From: Flectonema sp. DT1601
Taxonomy: Eukaryota
Assembly: GCA_964019425.1 (NCBI GenBank)
Contig: OZ025794.1
Coordinates: 1,178,001 to 1,242,000, forward strand
Direction of reading: 5' to 3'
DNA length: 64,000 nucleotides
Below, in pieces: positions 1 to 8,600 of the stretch. The translations under genes were made by a program, and so were the position numbers. Position 1 is the stretch's first letter. Each line of letters starts with the position of its first letter. The notes under the pieces were generated by a model that saw nothing but the letters and a program-made list of their open reading frames with translations, searched no databases and was not told where the DNA came from.

Positions 1-2
1 GT

Positions 3-3000
3 AACTACTCCTCTCTTCAAGAAATGAGAGTTAGCACTTTTGACTTCTCAGATATGTACACCAACTTACCACATACAAAAATTAAAGCTGTTATTAATAC
101 ATTAGTCGAAGAATACATTGGAGACAATTTGATAGTTAGAGATAAACGAAGTCGAATTGGTAAAGATTTCTACTTGGCAAACGAATTTAACGAAGATGTG
201 CAAGTTGCTTACAACATAGAGGAGATCAAGGAACTACTGAATGTAATACTATCTAATTCTTATATTAAAAATGGTGACCATATGTTAAGGCAATGTCATG
301 GTATTCCAATGGGTTCTCAATGCTCTCCTCACATTGCTAATCTGTACTGCTTTGGTATCGAAAAGAACTGGATTGACAACATCATCCATAGCAATGGTTT
401 AAGTATTGCTAATGACAGGATAATCTTCAGATATATTGATGACTTTCTAATCTTTAGTAAGAATGAACCTACTCCACCTCCGCAAGCTGAATATCAAATG
501 TCATACACAGATACGTCACTTGGACGCAATGACATAGTTTTCCTAGGAATGAGAGTAAGATTTGAAGAAAGACCAAGAGGACATCCATTCATTCGTCTGT
601 CAATATGGGACAAAGAAAATCTGTTCAATTTTCAACCCATCAAATACACAAGCTCGACATCAAACGCACCAAGAAGCCTTGGTCCGGGCATATTGAAAGG
701 AGCCTTGTACAGAGCAGCAACCAATATCAACAATGACTTCGACTTATACTTGGAAATCGAAAAGGTGATTTACAGGCTACGCAGCCGAGGGTACTCGAAG
801 AAGAGCCTCTTCCCACAATACAAAGATTTCATTCTTAGTACATACTGGGATTTTCCGAAACAGAGAGATAACCTCCAGCAATTCTTTTTCAAGACAAATT
901 GGAGATATGACAAGGAACTACCCGTCACCTCTGAGAAGAAAACAATCCAACAGTACTACAAACTGAATGGACGAGATGACATTTATAACATGTTACTCGA
1001 TAAGAACGTTGGGTATGCAAAACTCAAAAAATGTAATAACACCATGGTTACTGCATTCCGGATTGCAAGTCACTCAATCACTAACAATCCAGATCAATGT
1101 CTAATATGTTCCACCGCAATAAACAAGAACACTGAGACACAGATTGATGCTTTGGATATTAAATATCGCAATGGGATATTTAAAGTAACCAAATTTTGCA
1201 AAGACTTCGACAAAATACTACCTGTTCCCATCAGTATTCTATCATACGACCAGGGTAAGACAACCCGTGAAATAATTAACAAACATGTGAATCACGAATG
1301 TCACATGGTTGTTGGTCGTACTAATGGAGGTTATTACTTTCCAATTACAAGTAAATATACGGAAAGTGATATTCAAAAAATCTTCCTCAAGGTTGACACG
1401 CCTGGAAAATCGGCGGAAGTTACAACAGAAGGGAAGTCAACTCCTAACACACCAGATACTGATGTAGTTATGACAGATAATACTACAGAAACGCAAGAAG
1501 ATGAAACGGAAAAATCTCAAACTGAAAAACCAGTTATGAAGAATGATAGAGGTCCTGAATGGGATATCTCGATCGATAAAAGGTTTCCTATTTCTATGCA
1601 CACTAAACCAGCTGAAGGCCTTAACAGCGGTGAGTGTGGTTGGGCCACCATTAATTTTATGGCTGATTATCTGAACATCGAGAGAATTCAGATATCTAAA
1701 GTCTTTAAGATTCAAGATGAGTTGGCAACACAAGAAATGAAGTGGTTAGGATTGGTTGAAATGTTCCAATTCAATCCTGATGGATGGTTTCACCAATTAG
1801 TCATATATGAGACAATTAAGATTCATCTGTCCTTAGAAATACACCATTGTACCAGCGCAGAAGATTTAGATAAAGTCAACAATATACTCAAAGAACAAAA
1901 CCTAAAACGCTTTCCATTCGTTATAATTACACGTAGATTAGCATACACTCACTATATCTTATTTATCGGAAAAGATACAGAGTATGCAGGATATGATATC
2001 ATTCAACACACTCCAAGTTATGAAACGTGGAACGACATTGCCAGGATATATCCTTTGGAAACATTTGACTATCACTTCGCATTCTGCCCTACAAAAAACA
2101 ATCCTATGGAGAAACTCCAATTTCCGAACCTCGACTATCCAACAATGGAGCCCCACATGGAAAACAAACAAGAGAAAGATACTCTTAGTCAAAAGACGAA
2201 TGATAACGATGACACAGCACTGTTATACGAGATGTTACAGAAATTTGAAGAGGATGATATCTCTACAACAGCTAAAGCCGCAGATCCATTGGATTTGAGA
2301 TCTTCGAATGAAAATACTACTCATAAGGAAGTCCTTCAAGAACCAAAGAAAGTCATTCAAGAACCGAAGGAAGTCATTCAAGAACCAAAGGAAGTCATTC
2401 AAGATCCAAAGAAAGTCATTCAAGATCCAAAGGAAGTCATTCAAGATCCAAAGAAAGTCATTCAAGATCCAAAGGAAGTCATTCAAGATCCAAAGGAAGT
2501 CATTCAAAATCCAGAGATAGATACACACCTAGATCCAAAAATAGGTCAGCAAGATGTGGATTTGGACGATAAGGAAGCAATAGGTGTTGCTAACAAGGCT
2601 TCTAAACCCAATACTCACTTCGACATCACTGATTACATAACTTCTGAAGATCAAAAGTCAAATGATTTTGTAAGTGGAACCACAAAGCTCACTAAGGTTC
2701 CCAATCATATCTTGAACACCAATCAGAATACTAACTTATGTCATATGGAATATGCTACACCAAATACCGATGTACATATGGAATCACCAATGACCACTAT
2801 TCTAACTGGTCCACTTTATAATACGGATACACAATTTAATTACGAAAATACAACACTTATAATTGCAACACCGCAGATTATACCAACCATCCCAAACTTT
2901 CGTAACCTATATCACAGCTCATCTGGGTGTCAAATCATGGCGGTATCACCTCCGAGAATATACAAAGTAAATACAATTGCTGCCATCTCACCCCCACAAG

Positions 3001-3059
3001 TCTATCACAACGGGGACAGCATTGTTGCCATCTCACCGCCAACTATCCTCCGATACTAA
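3..3059 (+). CDS. PLE reverse transcriptase polyprotein, 5'-truncated by the window: RT + CxxC/His cluster + Josephin-like domain + repeats
   Basis: The frame is open from position 3 (NYSSLQEMRVSTFDF), so the ATG at 24 is probably internal. YIDD at 432-443. Candidate protease triad: Cys 1635-1637, His 1950-1952, Asp 1995-1997. Confidence 0.85.
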   Translation, partial: NYSSLQEMRVSTFDFSDMYTNLPHTKIKAVINTLVEEYIGDNLIVRDKRSRIGKDFYLANEFNEDVQVAYNIEEIKELLNVILSNSYIKNGDHMLRQCHGIPMGSQCSPHIANLYCFGIEKNWIDNIIHSNGLSIANDRIIFRYIDDFLIFSKNEPTPPPQAEYQMSYTDTSLGRNDIVFLGMRVRFEERPRGHPFIRLSIWDKENLFNFQPIKYTSSTSNAPRSLGPGILKGALYRAATNINNDFDLYLEIEKVIYRLRSRGYSKKSLFPQYKDFILSTYWDFPKQRDNLQQFFFKTNWRYDKELPVTSEKKTIQQYYKLNGRDDIYNMLLDKNVGYAKLKKCNNTMVTAFRIASHSITNNPDQCLICSTAINKNTETQIDALDIKYRNGIFKVTKFCKDFDKILPVPISILSYDQGKTTREIINKHVNHECHMVVGRTNGGYYFPITSKYTESDIQKIFLKVDTPGKSAEVTTEGKSTPNTPDTDVVMTDNTTETQEDETEKSQTEKPVMKNDRGPEWDISIDKRFPISMHTKPAEGLNSGECGWATINFMADYLNIERIQISKVFKIQDELATQEMKWLGLVEMFQFNPDGWFHQLVIYETIKIHLSLEIHHCTSAEDLDKVNNILKEQNLKRFPFVIITRRLAYTHYILFIGKDTEYAGYDIIQHTPSYETWNDIARIYPLETFDYHFAFCPTKNNPMEKLQFPNLDYPTMEPHMENKQEKDTLSQKTNDNDDTALLYEMLQKFEEDDISTTAKAADPLDLRSSNENTTHKEVLQEPKKVIQEPKEVIQEPKEVIQDPKKVIQDPKEVIQDPKKVIQDPKEVIQDPKEVIQNPEIDTHLDPKIGQQDVDLDDKEAIGVANKASKPNTHFDITDYITSEDQKSNDFVSGTTKLTKVPNHILNTNQNTNLCHMEYATPNTDVHMESPMTTILTGPLYNTDTQFNYENTTLIIATPQIIPTIPNFRNLYHSSSGCQIMAVSPPRIYKVNTIAAISPPQVYHNGDSIVAISPPTILRY
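2325..2513 (+). repeat. Coding tandem repeat, 9 x 21 bp (K[E/K]V[I/L]Q[E/D/N]P)
   Basis: Unit close to AAGGAAGTCATTCAAGATCCA, repeated 9 times in frame within the RT ORF. Confidence 0.95.
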
Positions 3060-4866
3060 GAGTCCAACAGATGTTACTTCACCAACTCGGATGGATATTG
3101 ATATTGACACGGTGATTGCCGTCAATAACAGAAGTCTATATGATATTGACATCATCCCACCACCACATGTGGATACTCTTATAAGTGCCAAGAAAAAGAG
3201 TAACGACTCAATTCATAAAACTTGCCTTACCGATGTCGATACCAATAGCTACAACGAGATATCACCACCACAAACGGATGTACATATGTTGATCAATAAC
3301 AATGATCTCAACGTAATTGAGCCTATTGCACCACCACATACGGATGTTCATACGGTAATTAACAACAACAGTCTCGAGACATTCGAGTATATTTCACCAC
3401 CGCAGACTGGTATTCATATGCCTATAGTTATCGACAACAACAGTATCAACGCAAACGAACTTGCTTCACCACCACAAACTAATGTTCATATGGAGGTCAG
3501 AAACAATAGTCTCATTGCGACTGAGGCTATATCACCACCGTGTTTAGAAACACCTGAACATCGACATGTGTTTGAAACACCGGTAAAACAAAAGTCGGGA
3601 GGCAAAATCAAAACTCCGACAACCAACAAGATTGTCCCACAAGAACCACTAACTTGTTGGAATGGACACAATCGGGAGCTTATTTATGATTTAGCAATGA
3701 ATAGGCAACCTAACAAGATTGTTACAACATACACTGCACCATCGTTAAAAGTTACAACTCCGAAAACAGCAGCACGAAATAACACTGTTGTCATAGACAC
3801 AGAAGATAGTATGAACCCCGTAACTTCAATGCCGGAAAGTTTAAGTGATACCCTTGAACCTTGTTCAAAACGTAACAAAAAGTCCAATATACTGTCTCAT
3901 AAACATGCTATGAAGCAATCCAAAAAGAAAGCTTTCAATAATGGATCTCACGAGTCAATTATCCCTAAAACTAAAGTCATTACGCAATCACATACGCAGA
4001 TTAAGGATAAAACATCGGAACCTATCAATGAAGAATCTAGTAAGATACTTCCCCAACTTAAAGATGAAACCGGAAGTAAGAAAGATGAGACAACGTCGCA
4101 TGTTGAACTAGAAAAGGCAACAGAAGTTAATACAATAGTTGAGAACTCAATGACTGACGTGCCAACTACAACATCCTCGTCAGAACCATCCTACAAAGAT
4201 ACAACGCATATCAAGAGGAAATGTAAATATTGCTTCAAGACTAAAAAATCAATTATTGATCATGTCCACATATGCGCAATATTCAGAGCCTCAAAGGACT
4301 TTCCATATTACATGGATCATGATAATACAACGTATGAAGTTAACAACAGTGATGGCTCCAACAAGATCACAATGGTCATCAAGGAGAAGAAGAAACTAAA
4401 CGTGCGGTCTATCAAAAGAGGTGCAAAGCTAGTAACACAAATTCTTGAGAAAGAGGATAGTACACTAACTACACCAAAAAGAGATACCCGCAAAAGATTA
4501 AATTCTGAAAGTCCGATTCCAATAATCGAATTTAATGGATACATGGACAAGGACAAGAGAAAAAAGTTAGAGAATAAGAACGGATCTAAAAGTAAACGCA
4601 AGATCAAAGTTGAGGTTAATAAGATGCTAGTCGCTTCAGCAAAAAAGAAGGAGAAGTCGAAATATACAAAGAGATTAAATTCTGAAAGTCCTATGCAGCC
4701 GCTACTAAGAAAAGATGTACGAAAGAAACGAGCCAAACAAGAAGATATCAACACACCTAAAAGTGAAGATAAAGAGAACGTTACGAACATCTTAGATACT
4801 CCTTCGACTCCTGTTTTACATGATTTTGAAGATGTATCAGATTATGCATCAGATCTTGATAATTAA
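3040..4866 (+). CDS. Frameshifted continuation of the PLE ORF: ISPP repeats, CxxC...HxHxC zinc-finger-like motif, Lys-rich tail
   Basis: Overlaps ORF1 in the +1 frame. The [I/A]SPP motif series starts in ORF1 and continues here. KCKYCFKTKKSIIDHVHIC motif; KRLNSESP occurs twice. Confidence 0.7.
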   Translation, partial: QLSSDTKSPTDVTSPTRMDIDIDTVIAVNNRSLYDIDIIPPPHVDTLISAKKKSNDSIHKTCLTDVDTNSYNEISPPQTDVHMLINNNDLNVIEPIAPPHTDVHTVINNNSLETFEYISPPQTGIHMPIVIDNNSINANELASPPQTNVHMEVRNNSLIATEAISPPCLETPEHRHVFETPVKQKSGGKIKTPTTNKIVPQEPLTCWNGHNRELIYDLAMNRQPNKIVTTYTAPSLKVTTPKTAARNNTVVIDTEDSMNPVTSMPESLSDTLEPCSKRNKKSNILSHKHAMKQSKKKAFNNGSHESIIPKTKVITQSHTQIKDKTSEPINEESSKILPQLKDETGSKKDETTSHVELEKATEVNTIVENSMTDVPTTTSSSEPSYKDTTHIKRKCKYCFKTKKSIIDHVHICAIFRASKDFPYYMDHDNTTYEVNNSDGSNKITMVIKEKKKLNVRSIKRGAKLVTQILEKEDSTLTTPKRDTRKRLNSESPIPIIEFNGYMDKDKRKKLENKNGSKSKRKIKVEVNKMLVASAKKKEKSKYTKRLNSESPMQPLLRKDVRKKRAKQEDINTPKSEDKENVTNILDTPSTPVLHDFEDVSDYASDLDN

Positions 4867-5026
4867 TCATCTTATACTTTCTACATTTATTGTAGAAGAG
4901 TGCTCCACTAGTAGTGCGCTACGAACTAGTAATAACAAGAAGAATGTTTTTTTTATAAACATTATAACAAAGTAACTACATCCTAGTCTTGCTAACTAAG
5001 ATGCTTCAGTCACAACAGATGATTGA

Positions 5027-5094
5027 CTTACTTCTACACCATACTGATGATGAGAGAATAGAGGTAAGAGGTATATGGATTACTCTCGAAACCT
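5027..5094 (+). ncRNA. Hammerhead-ribozyme-like motif with non-canonical strand order
   Basis: Core CTGATGA 5044-5050 and GAAA 5088-5091. Stem I CCATA 5039-5043/TATGG 5074-5078. Stem II GAGAG 5052-5056/CTCTC 5083-5087. Stem III AGGT 5069-5072/ACCT 5091-5094. GUA cleavage triplet 5071-5073. Extra 10-bp helix 5027-5036/5059-5068. Confidence 0.7.
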
Positions 5095-5610
5095 AATAGT
5101 TACTTTAAAAGGCTAAGTTAAGCATCACACCTAGTCACTGTATCTCAGAACTAATGTTAAATTATCGTTATGTTTTTTATGATACAAAACATTTGTATTT
5201 TACGTACAAAATCAAACAGTTAACCCCCCAGACAGCACATATGTGTTGTCGATACTGACTGTTGGTCTTTTTTACATGGCAACCGGAATTGGTCGGACGC
5301 CACTTTAGTTTTAGCCAGTTTCAAGTTGCTTTCCATCCTTTAATATTAGTCTCAAGTTACCCCCTTCGCATCAGATACATATTCTAAAATGAAAGCTTAA
5401 GCTTCTGTCGTTTTTTCAGTTTAATTTTATTACTTATTTCAGTATTATAAAATTTCTTATTGTTTTCTACATTGTCAAACTATCACCCTTACTTCACATC
5501 AGATACATAAATTATTAAAAAAAACAAACAAACTATAATTAATATAAACCAAGAGAGCAAGAGAAAAGGAAACCTTTAAATATCCTTTTTCCTCTTTGTG
5601 TACTAGCAGT

Positions 5611-8600
5611 ATGAAATCTGCTATTATCTCGGTTGGGGCAATTCTTTGCCTTTTCGGGCAGGCTGATGCTGCACCTGTCACAACATGCAGTCCGAAAGGA
5701 CTGCGTCAGTTTGGAGAGCTTCATCAAGATGTAAAGCATCTCCAAGGATCAATTTTCCAAAAGACTGCTGCGTATGTTACTTTATTTTATTGAAACGAGA
5801 GATACCCTTTTTTTTTTTTTTTGCCCCCCTTCTTCTTTAATGTTAGTTTCCCGAGCGAAAGAGAATCGCGGGAGCAGCAGCAGCAATAGCGTTTTACTTT
5901 CCTTTACAGATTTGTTTTCCAGGTGCGCACAAGCGAAACCAAAGCTGGTGTTGTAAGTTATTCATTATAGTGAGGCGACGATTCATTTTTTAAGTCGCAT
6001 GAATTTTATTTTTCGCCGTCTCAATATCTGTTTTTATTCCTGTTTCGCAATCGTTCATATGAGCAAGGGACAAAGGAAAGATGTTTTTCTTTGCGTTGAC
6101 GTCCTTACAAAGGGAAACGATTTGTTTAAATTAACAACAAACAAAAACAACACCAACCAAACAGTGATGTTCAGGCAAGACAGGATGCTGTCGTTTGTGA
6201 TAACTGCGAAACTTTCACCGTGCCGAGCGTTCAAACACAAGAGCCATTGAACATCCATGTTGATTATTCTCTTCTTGATTCCCAAAGGTTTGCCTGTCAG
6301 GGATCAAACGGAGAAACTATTCAACTTGCCCACGGTGCCACTGGCGGTGCGAGTGAGGCCAAGGACGCGTATACTACTACTGACGGTCAGACCTACAACT
6401 GTGAGAGTACGTGGGTTATTGATAACACGAAGTTGACTAGAATTAGAACCATCGTTTCTGAAGCCATCAAACGCATTCGCACTGGTATTATGGCCTTGAA
6501 GAGATCCGAGGGGGAATCCGTTATTCAGGTTACTAACAACCAGGCCAACTGTAACGCCAAGGACGGGCTTACCGATGTGTTTAGCAACCTTCCTTTGACT
6601 GCTACCACTGCAGACTTTTACCTTTTCGTCGCTGCTAACCCGGTCTTGATCTACAACAGAGATGGTACTAGAATTCAGAGTAACGCTGCTGCATGGCCTT
6701 GTCACTTTGCAAAGCAGAGTTTTAGACCAATTGTTGGTATGCTAACGATCCAGCCTGATCAAATCTTCGGAGACACTGATTACATGGCATCTGTTGTACT
6801 TCACGAGTTGGTCCAGGCACTCGGATGGACACCTGAACTGGCTGAAAAATACGCTGACTGGAGTGACGACTACACTCAGGCACCTACCCCCGTGGAAGCT
6901 GACTTGATGTTCCAGACTCAGACTCGTCACAGTAAACGTGTTTTCGACACAGCTGGAAACCGCAACCAACACGACAACGGGCTTTCCACCGATGCATTGT
7001 ACAGGACGGGATTTGATGGATGGCGGAATTCAGTTCCTATCGGTGTGCCTACCGAGGTTACTCTTGTGAGCTCTAAGAAGGTTATCCAGCAGGCAAGACT
7101 TCACTTCAATTGCCAGTCGATGACAGGATTGGAAGTTGAGGATTACACGCACACGGCGATGGGATACGGTACCGGTTTTACTGACTTCCCTTCGCGCTTC
7201 ACAGCCCTGTGGGAGCGTCGTATTACGAGGGGAGAAGTTATGAACATGCAAGTTGATGTTGGTGCGGTGCTTTCCGGTCTTACTCTTGCTATGCTTGATG
7301 ACACCGGTTTTTACAGAGCTGATTTCAATTCTGCAGAATACCTCTCGTGGGGTTTCGATGCCGGTTGCGTGATGGCACGAGAGACTTGCTACCATTGGTA
7401 CCACCAACCAAGCTTAAACAACTACCAGTGTTTCTTTGAAAGTATCCTCCAACCTGGCGCCGGATCACGTTTAACTGCTAAGCAGTGTACTGTCGACGGA
7501 GGTCGCATTGGAACTTGCAACAGTAGAAGGATGTTCTTCTCAAGTAACAGTCCTCCTACGGTTCCATTGGAGTACACTTCCCCAGCCATGTGGAAGGTCG
7601 GACTTCTGAGGTCTATACCCGCTGATATTGCAGAGAGATTGGCTCGTCAAAATGGTGGTTGTGACGAAATGATGGACCACTGTCCTATTTACGAGCCGGT
7701 GGGTGCTGAATCGAGTTGTCTGGCGCCTGCTATTTTAAATGGGGCAGGGCAAGACTGCACTGGTTCTCTCTGCCGACCTTACAGCATTGCTGGATCGGCC
7801 TCTGGGTGTTTCACGTCAAACATGGAATACGCCGATCGTGTGACCAACCCGCAGCCTTTTTCTGGTAAGTGTTTACCATATTCCTGCGTTTCTCGGGGAG
7901 ACAAATTTGACCTCATTATGGAAGTTGGGAACTCAACTGTTACCTGTACCGATCAGGGAGGTTTTAAAGAATTGGTGTATGTTGGTGGCTTTGGATCTTC
8001 ATCGATCAGGGGATTTGTGTCGTGTCCTTATTCTGCAACGAGATACTGCTCAACTCGTCAGGAACTGGAGAGGATTGATATTCAATTCAAAGACGAAGCT
8101 GGAAAGACCACTGTCGCTGGAGAACGTCGTGAATTTATAATTCAAGCAACCACCCGCACTCAAGCCGGACGCACAGTCGTAGCAATTGGTGCGCAAAACC
8201 AGATTGTAATGTGCTTGATTGAGGGGGAGGTCGAATCTGCCGCAACTGACATCGTTGCCACGCCTCCAGCAGGAGCACTTCAGGCAGGAGAGTCCTGCAA
8301 GGGACAGTACCTTTCCAGACTTGACCCTGCCACCGGAGAAGTTACCTTTAGAACCATCTTTAGATCCCTTCATGCGAAGGTCTTATTTTACGCAGTTGGA
8401 GGAAACTTGGGTGTTAGCCACGTCAGAACTTCTCTCATCATCAGACCAGGTACTCCGGACCGCGTTCGTATCCAAAGCCCTTCCAACGGTACCGAGGTTG
8501 AAAGTGGAATCGGATTTGACATCAGGGTAGACATCGTTGACCTGCTAGGCAATCCAACCAGCGCACCTTCCGATTATTCAACCTGCCCATGGGGTGCAAT

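Larger units (their letters stand above)
1..5160 (+). mobile_element. Penelope-like retroelement (PLE), 3' portion; 5' part lies upstream of the window and the 3' boundary is approximate
   Basis: RT motifs TFDFSDMYTNLPH, GIPMGSQCSPHIANLY, FRYIDD and the thumb-region signature WDKENLFNFQPIKY..SNAP resemble PLE RTs (recalled as Naiad/Chlamys-like). A hammerhead core lies 3' of the ORFs, as is typical of PLE terminal repeats. No GIY-YIG is seen C-terminal to the RT. Confidence 0.8.

Noticed and set aside
1..13. GTAACTAC-TCCT similarity to 4972-4984 as a terminal repeat
   Set aside because: Too short and lies inside RT coding sequence; likely chance.
2235..2528. WILNDFL (minus strand) and RKSFKIQ (alternate frame) ORFs
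   Set aside because: Shadows of the 21-bp coding repeat in the RT ORF.
5044..5120. Conventional type I or type III hammerhead fold
   Set aside because: No NUH plus stem I partner is found downstream of GAAAC (the CCT/AGG 5092-5112 option is followed by C, not U). The upstream GTC at 4986-4988 gives no stem I. Only the internal AGGTA-TATGG strand completes both stems.
5220..5230. TTAACCC as a piggyBac terminus or telomeric seed
   Set aside because: No matching inverted terminus nearby, no transposase and no tandem telomeric repeats.
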